Below, piece by piece: positions 49,264-61,337 of a stretch of 64,000 nucleotides of DNA. The stretch lies in the NCBI RefSeq assembly GCF_963921235.1, contig NC_086108.1, positions 115,384,001 through 115,448,000 of the forward strand. The letters run 5' to 3'. The notes below the pieces were generated by a model. The model searched no databases and had not been told where the DNA came from. It saw only the letters and a list, made by a program, of their open reading frames with translations. The position numbers and the translations under genes were made by a program. The DNA comes from Mobula hypostoma. Taxonomy: Eukaryota. Each line of letters starts with the position of its first letter. Position 1 is the stretch's first letter.

Positions 49264-51964
49264 CAACAAGAGGTAACTAAAAAAGCTGATAGAAGGGAAA
49301 AGATGATAAATGAGGGCAAACTAGTCAATAATATAAAATAGGATACCGAATGTTATTTCCAGTTATATAAACAGTAGAAGGGAGGTGAGAGTTGATATTG
49401 GACCACTGGAAAATGATGCTGGTGAGGTAGTAATGGGGGACAAAGAAATGGCAGATGAACTGAATGGGTATTTTGCATCTGTTTTCACTGTGAAATACAC
49501 TAGCAGTGTGCCAGAGATCTGTTAGTGTCAAGGAGCAGGAGTGAGTGCCATTGTTATTACAAAGCAAAAGTGCGAGGCAGACTCAAAGGTCTTACGGATG
49601 ATAAGTCACCCGCACCAGCTGGACTACGTTCCAGAGTCCTGAGAGAAGTTGCTGAAGAGATAACGGATGCATTGGTCACGGTCTTTCACTAATCACTTAA
49701 ATCGGGCATGGCCCTGGACGACTTTAAACGTCACTCCATTCTTTAAAGGAGAGGAAGGGAAAAGAAAAGAAATTAGCCTAATCTCGGTGGTTGGGGAAGT
49801 GTCGGAGTCTATTATTAAAGATGAGGTTTCAGAGTACATGGAGCTTAATGATAAAACAAATCAAAGTCAGCATGGTTTCTGTAAAAGGAAATCTTGCCTG
49901 GCAAATCTGTTAAGAGTTCTTTGAGGAAGTAACAAGCAGGGTGGATAAAGGAGAGGCAGTGGATGTCATTTATTTGGATTTTCAGAAGGCAATTGATAAG
50001 GTGCCGCACATGAGGTTCCTTAACAAGATAAAATCCTGTGGTGTTAGAGGAAATACACTGGCATGGACAGAGGAATGGCTGACAGGCAGGAGGCAGCGAG
50101 TGGGAATAAAAGGAGCCTTTTTGGGTTGGCTGCCAGTGACTAGTGGTGTTCCTCAGAGATCAGTATTGGGACCACTGCTTTTCACATTGTTTATCGGTGA
50201 TTTGGATAATGAAAGCTTTGTGGCAAAGTTTGCGGATGATACGAAGATAAGTGGAGAGGTAGGTGGTGCTGAGGAAGCAATGTGATTGCGGTAGGAATTA
50301 GACAAATTGGAAAAATGGGCAAAAAAGTGGCAAATGGAATGCAGTTCTGGGAAATGTATGATAATGCATTTTGGTAAAAGGAACAATAGTGCTGACTATT
50401 ATCTAAATGAGGAGAAGGTTCAAACATCAGAGGTGCAGAGGGACTTGGGAATCCCTGTGCAAGACTCCCAGAAGGTTAATTTACAGGTCGAGTCTGTGGT
50501 AGAGAAGGTAAATGCAATGTTGGCATTTATTTCAAGGGGAATAGAATATAAAAGCAAGGAGATAATACTGAGGATTCATAAGACACTAGCCAGGCTGCAC
50601 TTGGAGTTTTGGGCCCCATATCTCAGAAAGGATGTGTTTTCATTGGAGAGAGTCCAGAGCAGGTTCATGAAGATGATTCTGGGAATGAAGGGGTTAACAT
50701 ATGAGGAGCGTTTGGCAGCTTTGGGCCTGTACTCACTGAAATTTAGAAGAACGTGTGGGGATCTCATTTAAACCTACTGAATGTTGAAAGGACTAGATAG
50801 GGTGGGTGTGGAGAGGATGTTTCCTATAGTGGGGGTATCCAGAACTAGAGGGCACAGACTCAAAATTGAGGGGAGACCTGTCAGAACAGAGGTAAGGAGG
50901 AATTTGTTTTAGCCAGAGAGTAGTGAATCTGTGGCATGCTCTGCCACAGACTGTGGTGGGGACTAAGTCCATGGTATATTTAAGGCGGAAGTTGATCGTT
51001 TCCTGATCGGTCGGGAAATCAAAGGATCTGGCGAGAAGGCAGGTGTATGGGGTTGAGTGGGATCCGGGATCAGCCATGATGGAATGGCAAAACAGACGCG
51101 ATGGATTGAATGGCCTAATTCTGCTCCCATGTCTAATGGTCTTTTGCTGTGAGGATGCTTCACCGCAGCAGGCCCTGGAAAGCTTGAGAAAGTAGAGGGT
51201 AAAATGAATGCAGCAAAATCCTGGAGGAAAACCTGATGCATTCTGGAACAGAACTGGGATTAGGGGGATTTGTTTTCTGGCAAGACAATGACCCCAAGCA
51301 TAAAGGCAAAGCTACACAGGAATGGCTTAAAACAACAAAGTTAATGTCCTGGAGTGGCCAAGTCAGAGTCCAGACTCAATCCAATTGGGAATTTGTGGCT
51401 GGACTTGAAAAGGCCTGTTCACTCACAATCCCAATGCAATCTGACAGAGTATGAGCAGGTTTGTAAAGAAGAATGGGGAAAAAATTGCCATCTTCAGATG
51501 TACAAAGCTGATAGAGACCGATCCACACAGACTCAAGGTTGTAATTGCTGCCAAAGGTGCATCTACTAAATACTGACTCAAAGGGGATGAATGCTTATGC
51601 ATCAATTATTTTGTGTTTTATATTTGTAATTAATTTAGATCACTTTGTAGAGATCTTTTGTAGATTTCTGTCGACTGGTGTCAAAAGAGTCAAATTAAGT
51701 CCACTGTGATGCAATGTTGTAAAACAATAAAACACGAGAACTTCCAAGGGGAGGGGTGAATAATTTATATAGGCACTGCATACAAGCTTTCACCCTCACA
51801 CACACTCTCCGCACCCTCTCTCACACTCCATTCCATCTCTCTCTCACCACCCTCTCACACGCGCACCCTCACCCTCACACACTCCTCACCCTCCCACACA
51901 TAGTCCCTATCCTCATACACTCCCTACCTACCCACTCTCACACACACACACTCCCACCCTCCAT

Positions 51965-53300
51965 ACTTGAGGAAGGAGAGACTGGCTTTGGAGGCAGTGC
52001 AGAGGAGGTTCACCAGGTTGATTCCAGAGATGAAGGGGTTAACCTGCGAGGAGAGATGGAGTCGTATGGAACTATATTCTCTGGAGTTCAGAAGAATGAG
52101 AGGGTATCTTACAGAAACATACAAAATTTTGAAAGGGATTTAATGTGGATAAATGTGAAGATATCCACTTTGGTGGCAAAAACAGGAAAACAGATTATTA
52201 TCTGAATGGTGGCCGATTAGGAAAAGGGGAGGTGCAACGAGACCTGGGTGTCATTATACACCAGTCATTGAAAGTGGGCATGCAGGTACAGCAGGCGGTG
52301 AAAAAGGCAAATGGTATGCTGGCACTTATAGCGAGAGGATTCGAGTACAGGAGCAGGGAGGTACTACTGCAGTTGTACAAGGCCTTGGTGAGACCACACC
52401 TGGAGTATTGTGTGCAGTTTTGGTCCCCTAATCTGAGGAAAGACATTCTTACCATAGAGGGAGTACAAAGAAGGTTCACCAGATTGATTCCTGGGATGGC
52501 AGGACTTTCATATGATGAAAGACTGGATCGACTAGGCTTATACTCGTTGGAATTTAGAAGATTGAGGGGGGATCTGATTGAAATGTATAAAATCCTACAG
52601 GGATTGGACAGGCTAGATGCAGGAAGATTGTTCCCGATGTTGGGCAAGTCCAGAACGACGGGTCACAGTTTGAGGATAAAGGGGAAGTCTTTTAGGACCG
52701 AGATTAGGAAAAACTTCTTCACACAGAGAGTGGTGAATCTGTGGAATTCTCTGCCACAGGAAACAGTTGAAGCCAGGTCATTGGCTATATTTAACAGGGA
52801 GTTAGATATGGCCCTTGTGGCTAAAGGGATCAGGGGGTATGAGGGAAGGCTGGGGCGGGGTTCTGAGTTGGATGATCAGCCATGATCATACTGAATGGCG
52901 ATGCAGGCTCGATGGGCCAAATGGCCTACTCCTGCACCTATTTTCTATGTTTCTATTGATAAGATAGAAGTAGGAAAGTTGTTTCCATTGATAGGTGAGA
53001 CGAGAACTAGGGGACATTGCCTCAAGATTCAGGGGAGAAGATTTAGGATGGAGATGAGGAGAAACTGTTTGTCCCCCAGAGAGTGGAATTCTCTGCCCAG
53101 GGAAGCAGTCGAGGCTTCTTCACTAAATATATTTAAGATACAGTTAGATAGATTTTTACATAGTAAGGGAATTAAGGGTTATGGGGAAAAGGCAGGTAGA
53201 TGGAGCTGAGTTTACGGACAGATCAGCCATGATCTTATTGAATGGCGGGGCAGGCTCGATGGGCCGGATGGCCGACTCCTGCTCCTATTTCTTATGTTTT
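51965..53300 (+). mobile_element. Young CR1 (52142-52955) nested in another CR1 3' fragment
   Basis: ORF 52145-52885 is nearly identical to 2471-3250; the host resumes at about 52957. Confidence 0.88.
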
Positions 53301-55624
53301 CCCTCACACACATTCCCCACCCTCTCTCTCACACTCCCCACCTCTCTCACACTCTCCTCACCCTCTCTGACACACTCCCTACCCCCTCTCCCACACTCTG
53401 CACTCTCTCCCTGACTGCCCCGTGGCTAGCGCCTTTGCAGTCATTGGGGCCGTTGGGAGATGCTACCCCTTTGCTCCTGCTGGTGCTGGGACGGGTATTG
53501 TTGGGTTAATCACTGAGCGACGGTGATGACGTGACCCTGATGGTGTCATCACTCACCAAGCCGGGATCAAACTCGCGATTATCAAGTTCTCACCCCCGAT
53601 TAAGGCTCGTTAAAGACGCAATCAGTCAGCCTGCTGTAAGATCCATCATCTCCCCCAGTGGTCAGTGAGAGCTGTCCATCCTCTGTGATCAGAAGCTGCT
53701 GCCCGGTATGGTGGTAGATGCTAAAATGTAAGAGACGATTGGTTAGGTACATGGATGTGAGGGAGATGGAGGGAGATGGAGGGATATGGACGGTGTGTAG
53801 GCAGGAGAGATTGGCGTTCGGGTGTTCAGCTGATTCGGCATGATGCTGTTCAATGTTCAAATACATCCTTTCCCAGCGTGCCAGTATCTCAGTACCATTC
53901 CTTTTTTAACGAAGCTATAAAAGTTTATTTGCATTACGGTTACAGAAGGTACAGTATTTACAAGCCAGTGAAGACGTTCAAACTACAATATCATTACTGC
54001 TGTCCGTACCACAGTCAATTCCCAGGGGGCCCACCGCTCCCAAAAGTCCCCCACGGTCCCATTGCGAACGCGTGCTCCCTCTCCAGGGACAGCCGAGTAC
54101 GAACGTATCCTTGGAAAAGGAGCAGGTCCTCGACTTCCCATCCTGGCCAGGCCCAGCAGCAAGCCCACCAGGAGATCCTCCTCACCACCCGCCCCTTCCG
54201 AACTGGGCGCCCGTGGATGAGGAGCGCGGGGCTGAAGTGCGGCCAGAATCCGAGCAGCAGCCCTTCAGACGCTCAGACAGGGGCTGCAAGCTCTCACACT
54301 CCATGTAAACGTGGTAGACTGACCCCTCCCGGCCACAGAGTGGACAGGTGGACGGAGTGTCAGCGAACCTGCTCAGGAGTCTGCTTGCACGGTACTGTAC
54401 TGCCCGATGCAACACCTTCCAGCCCAGGTGCCCAATGTACAGGGGAAGCACCCCTGTGTAAAGAGATTTCCACTGGGGACCTCCTCCGCTGCCAGATGGT
54501 GGCACGGACTGTCAAGGTGAGTCCGGACGGCAGACGAAGGCAGGGAGTGAAAGGTGTGCAGGAGCAGCCCGTACGAGAAACGCTTCTGAGCGTCACGGAT
54601 CGGCATGGTGGGCATCCTCGCGAAACAGTGCAGATTGAGCGGGACCCTCTCCTGCGTGGTCTCCCGAGGCCTGGGTCCGACGAGCATATCTGGCCAATCA
54701 GGTGGTGGTGCAGCCGCAACCGCTCCACTTCCCCGAGCCCCCTTAACACCTACCGATAGGATGGGGACCAGTCCCCCTCGCAGCTCGAGCACCGTCCCCG
54801 CCAATGCAGGAGCCCGTCTGTACGAGACTAAACCCCATATCCTCAACAGTTCCCAATAAAACCGAGGCAGTTCCCAAAAATCGGTGTCCATTGGAAGCCG
54901 CGAACCCTCCTGCAGGCAGTGCCCCAGCGGAGACAGGGTATCGCCAGCCCATGCCACCCCGGAGGGTGGTCACATTACGGGTATCTTTGCAGGGTCCTGA
55001 GGCGGAGAGCTGCCAGCTGGGCGCGCACGGACACCAATGACTGGCCGGCCCACTGCGATCGGAGAGTCAGGACCGCTGAAGTCCACCAGCTTCTTCTGGG
55101 CCTTGGAGACAAATAAAGCGAACAGGGCTAAAGTAACCAGGCGGTACCATATCACGGAGGCGACCAGCTGATTTATAACTATGCCCTTCCTCGATACCAG
55201 ATCGCACGGAGGCCCGACCGGGCAGAGGTCTTTATCTCCAAATCCCGCTATTTCAACGGCCAGACCTCTTCCATCGAGCTCCGGTAGACCTCCAAGTAGA
55301 GGAGATACGTGGTGCTCCACACAAACAGCTCAACCCGTCCGGAGGGAAGTCCACCTGGCATTGACTCGCCAAGAGGCCCGTGTTCTTCTCCCAGTTGACT
55401 CACGCAGAGTGCGCGGCCGAGAAGGCCTGCTAGCATTCTCGCAACCTCTGCAAGTCAACCGGGTCGGTGATCATAAGGAAGGTGTCGTCGGCGTAAGTCG
55501 AAAGGCCGGCCTCCATGCCTGGTTCGCGTAGAAACAAACCCGTTAACCTCTTACGGAGAGGGCACAGGAATGGCTCCACGCAAACAGAGTACAGCTGTAC
55601 CGACATGGGTCACCCCCTAACCCC

Positions 55625-56630
55625 CCCCCCCAAGCTCAGGGTCGCTGTCAGGGGAGGGAAGGGCAAGGGGCAGATTCTAGAGAATATCCCAGTAGCTGTA
55701 CCCCTTGACAATAAGTACTCCTGTTTGAGTACCGTTGGGGGTGACGGCCTACCTGGGGGAAGCGACAGTGGACGTGCCTCTGGCACAGAGTCTGGCCCTG
55801 TGGCTCAGAAGGGTAGGGAAAGGAAGAGGATGGCAGCAGTGATAGGGGACTCTGTAGTTAGGGGGTCAGACAGGCGATTCTGTGGATGCAGGAAAGAAAC
55901 TCGGATGGTAGTTTGCCTCCCAGGTGCCAGGGTCCGGGATGTTTCAGATCGTGTTCATGATATCCTGAAGTGGGAAGGGGAACAGCCAGAGGTCGTGGTA
56001 CATATTGGTACCAATGACATGGGTAGAAAAAGGGGAGAGGTCCTGAAAACAGACAACATGGAGTTAGGAAGGAAGCTGAGAAGGAGGACCTCAAAGGTAG
56101 TAATCTCGGGATTACTGCCTGTGCTACTCGACAGTGAGTATAGGAATAGAGTGAGGTGGAGGATAAATGCGTGGCTGAGGGATAGGAGCAGGGGGCAGGG
56201 ATTCAGACTTCTGGATCATTGGGACCTCTTTTGGGGCAGGTGTGATCTGTACAAAAAGGACGGTTTGCACTTGAATCCCAGGGGGACCAATATCCCGGCA
56301 GGGATGTTTGCTAAGGCCACTGGGCAGAGTTTAAACCGGAATTGTTGGCGGGGTGGGAACTGAACTGAAGAGACGGAGGAAGGGGCGGTTGGCTCACAAT
56401 TCGAGAAAGCTGGTAGGCAGTGTGAGAGGGAGGATAGGCAGGTGATAGAGAAGGGATGCACTCAGACTGATGGTTTGAGATGTGACTATTTTAATGCAAA
56501 GAGTATCAAGAACAAAGAGGATGAGCTTAGAGCGTGGATCAGTACTTGGAACTATGATGTTGTGGCCATTACAGAGACCTGGATGGCTCAAGGAAAGGAA
56601 TATCGTGCTGTAGGTTTTCTATGTTTCTAT
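55625..56630 (+). mobile_element. CR1 ORF1 (SGNH esterase) and APE start fragment
   Basis: VIGDSVVRG, LPGA, HIGTND, DGLHLN. Confidence 0.88.
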
Positions 56631-57587
56631 GAGATGACAACCCTGCTGGAGGTAGAGCTGAGGTGACTCAGGTGACACCCCGCCACTCCAGGAGCCAGGT
56701 GGATCCGTCTCATGGAACGGTGCAGGAAGCTCACCGTATATCTTCCATCCCGGAGGACAGAGCAATGATGGAATCTGCAGAGAACCCCCCTACCGCCACT
56801 GACATTAAAGACTGCAACACTTAGCTTCATGAAGCAACTTATTGAGACTCCTCACCGGAGCCCCTCTTTCGAGCCCTCTCCTCTCTTCACCCTACAACCC
56901 TTCACCTGGAGTCTCTTAATCTGTCGCCTCTCCTTACGGGTCACCTCAGCTCCTCTCCCCTTCTCTTGGAGGATCGTGCAGAAAAAATGAACGACCCCTC
57001 CCAGACCCGACCAGTGAACAGTGGCCAACTGGGCCTTGAAAGTTTTTCTCCAGTAATCCCTCGCGAACTGCTGGATCCTCTCCAGAGAGACGGGCTGTAA
57101 CTCGCTGCTGGGGTCGAGGAAGTCGCCATCTCGGCTTCATAAGAGTTCCTCTCTTCCCCTTCACCGGGTCCGATGATCTCATCACCCTCCAAGTAGTCAT
57201 CAACTGCGTTGGACATGACGACCTCAATCCTCACCTGAACGGGCGATCTAACCGAAGGCTCTACCCAGTCCCCGGGACTACTGACAGAAGGAGGTCCCGT
57301 CATCTCTGGATCAAGAATTCTTCCTATATCCTGGATACACTTGTACCCTTGTACCCATCTGCATACCCACGTCACCCTCCCCAGAAACAGCACTAGGAGT
57401 GTCCCCAACCTGCTGGCCCCCAGGGACACACTCCGTCAGATTAGCTGTGTGCGAAGCGATCCAGGATTGCTCCAGTTCCCCTCGTGGACTAAACCCTCCT
57501 CGGTAGGACACGGCCTCAATTGAGGCAACAATCTGGGGAACCAATACCGGTGGTGACCCGGTACCCACAGACGACCCCTGTTCTATG

Positions 57588-57897
57588 TGTGGTCTCATCG
57601 GGGTCCGTGGTCCCATCGGGGTGTGATCTCCCATCGTTCTGTGAGGTCCCATCGGGGTCTATGGTCCCATCGGGCTGTGAGGTCCCACCGGGGTCCGTGG
57701 TCCCATCGGGGTGTGAGATCCCTTCGGGGTGTGTGATCCCATCGGGGTCTGTGGTCCCATCGGGGTCTGTGGTTCCGTCGGGGTGTGAGCTCCCATCAGG
57801 CTGTGAAGTCCCATCGGGGTCTGTGGTCCCATCGGGTGTGTGGTCCCATCGGAGTCCGTGGTCCCATCGGGTGTGAGGTCCCAGCGGGGTGTGTGGT
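57588..57897. repeat. 18-bp tandem repeat (GTGGTCCCATCGGGGTCT-like)
   Basis: Direct periodicity. Confidence 0.9.
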
Positions 57898-58544
57898 CAC
57901 GACAACTGTCAGTGATTATGATCCTGGTTCCAATACTGCCGGCCTCGATGGGTGATGGGCCTGGTTTCTGCTGTATTTCTCTGTACCTCTGTCCTCGTAC
58001 AGCGAGTATTGCAGAGCTGCGGCTTGGAGACGTTTTGCCTCGGATCAGTGGGACAGCTGCTCTCCCGTCTGTGCAGACAGGAGCAGAGAATTTACTTAGC
58101 ACCTACTTTTACCGGCGGGAGAAGGGGGAGGATGGGAGCTACATGCCTCAGCAAGAAGGAAGTACACGTGTGGCTATCAGGAAGGAAATTGGAGCAGGAT
58201 GAGGCCATGCGGCCCCTCGAGAGTTCTGCATTGATCAGGATCAATGCTGATGTATGTCAGTTCCGTTTTCCCTGCACATTCACAGATTCAGCGCGCCCTG
58301 CCCTGCCCCTGGGACCAGGCCTCCTCTCAGTAACGTCAGGATACAAGTGGGAGGCTGGGAAGACCGACACTCATCCCTTTCCCGCACATCGCTATCAGTT
58401 CTTACCACCAACGGCGGAGAGGTTGACATCCACACGGATCATGACACATCAGCTTAGACTGACAGTGAGATCAGGCTGGAGGTTCCAACCTTAACCCTTT
58501 GATCATGGAGGAAGTCCCGGCCCTCCTGTTCCCATTCTCTACAC

Positions 58545-59800
58545 ACTCACCCCTCTGTGTCTCTGTTACCTCTATACCTTCCCTCTAGCCTCCTAAACCC
58601 TTCCCTCTCTCTGTAACCCCTTCCCTCACCTACACACCTCCCTGTCCCTGTAACTCTTTCTGATCCCTACACCCCTCCCTGTCTCTGAAACACTCCTCTG
58701 TCTCCTACACCTCTCTCTGTCTCTGTCACCCCCTCTGCCCCCTACACTCCTCCCTGTCTCTGTAACCCCCTCTGGCCCTTACACCCCTCCCTGTCTCTGT
58801 CACGCGCCTCTTGCCCCTACACCCCTCCCTGTCTCTGTAACCCCCTCCAGCCCCTACACCCCCCCTGTCTCTGTAACCCCTCTATCCCCTACACCCCTCC
58901 CTGTCTCTGTAACCCCCTCTGGCCCTTACACCCCTCCCTGTCTCTGTAAACTTGTCTATCCCCTACACCCCTCCCTATCTCTGTAACCCCCCTCTGGCCC
59001 CTACACCCCTCCCTGCCTCTGTAACCCCCTCTGGCCCTTACACCCCTCCCTGTCTCTGTAAACTTGTCTATCCCCTACACCCCTCCCTATCTCTGTAACC
59101 CCCCTCTGGCCCCTACACCCCTCCCTGCCTCTGTAACCCTACCCACCCCCCCCCCAGCCCCTACACCCCTTTCTGTCTCTGTAACCCAGCCCCCTGGTCC
59201 CTACACCTCTCTCTGTCTCTGTCACCCCCTCTGGCCCCTACACCCCTCCCTGTCTCTGTAAACCCCCCCCCCCCGGCCCCTACACCTCTCTCTGTCTCTG
59301 TCACCCCCTCTGGCCCCTACACCCTTCCCTGTCTCTGTAAACCCCCCCCCCCCGGCCTCTACACCTCTCTCTGTCTCTGTCATCCACCACCCCCCCCCCC
59401 CCGGCCCCTACACATCTCTCTGTCTCTGTCACCCCCTCTGGCCCCTACACCCCTCCCTGTCTCTGTAAACCCCCCCCCCCCCGGCCCCTACACCTCTCTC
59501 TGTCTCTGTCATCCACCACCCCCCCCCCGGCCCCTACACATCTCTCTGTCTCTGTCACCCCCTCTGGCCCCTACACCCTTCCCTGTGTCTTTACTCCCGC
59601 CCCCCCCGGCCCCTACACCTCTCTCTGTCTCTGTCACCCCCTCTGGCCCCTACACCCCTCCCTGTCTCTGTAAACCCCCCCCCCCCGGCCTCTACACCTC
59701 TCTCTGTGTCTGTCATCCACCACCCCCCCCCCCGGCCCCTACACCTCTCTCTGTCTCTGTCACCCCCTCTGGCTCCTACACCTCTCTGTGTCTCTGTAAG
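58545..59800. repeat. About 40-45-bp C-rich minisatellite (GGCCCCTACACCCCTCCCTGTCTCTGTAACCCCCTCT core)
   Basis: Direct periodicity with variable poly-C. Confidence 0.9.
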
Positions 59801-60519
59801 CCACTGCCGCCATTCCCGGTGACGATCACGGATGGAAATTCAATGTGTCAGTGCCAGCCATGGTCCTCGAGTGGAGTAGTGAGAGGAAGTGGGAACAATG
59901 GACAGATTAGTTGGAATCCACAACAGTCCATCTGCTGAGGCTGACTTCAGGATCTCAGCCTGTCCCTGGGCAGTGTGAGGGTGGTGGAGGTTTCAGAGGC
60001 TCCATCAACTTGCTGGAACAAATAATGGAATGAGCTGGGAATGGGAACGGATTAGCCCAGGATTCCTTGGGACCACCTGCCGTGTCACGGTGCCGAGGTG
60101 TGAGGTTGGATGCCCTGAGCACAGAAGAGGTTCCTTAGAAGGGCAGTTCCGGTTTAATGAGTTGGGTGTCGGCTGTCCAGGTTCACCCAGGGGGATCAAT
60201 CAGGACCTGCCAAGCGAAGGGTCCTGGAGCGGACACACGGTGTCAGAGTCACATGGCACTGAAACCGACTTTTTCACCCATCATGTTCATACTGTTCCTC
60301 CGGTACTCCACCCCGGTGCTTCCCTGCCTTGGCGATTCAAATGTTCATCCTGATATTTGTTCAACCTTGTGAGGGAGTCTGCCTGTATCTCCTCCTTAGG
60401 CAGTGAATTCCTGATTCCACCATCCCTTTGAAAAACTCCCCCAAGATCTAACATTTCTACTCCTCATTTTAAACTAGTGGCTTCTGAGACATGCCCAACA
60501 TAGGAAAGACTTTGACACA

Positions 60520-61290
60520 GAAACGTGTGAAGTGATTCACTTTGGAAGGTCGAATTGGAAGACAGAGTACAGGGTTAATGGTAAGATTCTTGGCCATGGG
60601 AGAGAGGAATCTTGGGGTTCACGTCCGTAGATCCCTCAAAGTCACCATGCAGGGTTTTTTAGTGTGTCGCACCAGACCGTGCGGTTGATAGGATGGTTAA
60701 GAAGGCGAATGGTGTGTTGGACTTTATTATTCAGGGACGGGGGCGGGGTATTGAATTCAAGAGCTGTGAGGCAATGCTGCAGCTCTATAAAACCCTGGAA
60801 CATTGTGCTCAGTTCTGGTTGCCTCAGTATAGGAAGGATGTGGAAGCTTTAGAGAGGGTGTAGAGACGATTTACCAGGATACTGCCTGGAGCAGAGAGCG
60901 TCTCTTGTGAGAATAGGTTAGTGACCTGGGGTTTTCTCTTTGGAGTGAAGATTTGATTGAGGTGTACAAGATGATAAAAGACCTAGATTGAGTGGAGACC
61001 CAGAGATTTTTCCCCCAGGGTGGAAATGGCTAATACAAGGAGACATAATTTAAAGATGACTGGAGGAAAGCATAGGGGGGATGTCAGGGGTAGATTTTTT
61101 TTTACACAGAGTTGTGGGTGCATGGAACACCCTGCCATGGTTGAGGGCAGAGGCAGATAAATTAGTGACATTTAAAAGACTCTTAGATAGGTACGTGACT
61201 GATAGGAAAGTGGAGGAAAGGGCTAGATTGATCTTGGATTGGCACAACATTGTATGCCGAAGGGACTGTATTGTGTTGTGATGTTCTATG
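60520..61290 (+). mobile_element. Decayed CR1 3' fragment
   Basis: FFLHRVVGAWNTLP; CR1 tail. Confidence 0.8.
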
Positions 61291-61337
61291 CTTCTACTGT
61301 AGTGTCCATGTTCCCATTGTAATGTTCAACCTGTCAG

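Larger units (their letters stand above)
43238..51145 (+). mobile_element. Long CR1 LINE (ORF1 end, APE, RT, tail), decayed
   Basis: LKVLYLNA..DVVGITE (APE); YLDFQKAIDKV..KFADDTK (RT). Confidence 0.9.
42328..51778 (+). mobile_element. Tc1 transposon (same family as 24745-26328) split by CR1
   Basis: TA-CAGTG left end and CACTG right end; transposase breaks at about 43237 and resumes at about 51146. Confidence 0.9.
53900..57900 (-). mobile_element. Second Tx1/L1-like copy with internal deletion
   Basis: ORF2 start MKLSVAVFNVSG..YTVSFL at 56830; 53900-55560 is homologous to 14610-16200. Confidence 0.8.

Noticed and set aside
55515..56363. SGNH/GDSL esterase as a host or bacterial gene
   Set aside because: It is CR1 ORF1; it is followed by the APE start and repeated elsewhere in the window
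57960..58200. Candidate exon after a polypyrimidine-AG at 58001-58002
   Set aside because: No recognisable homology or clear donor
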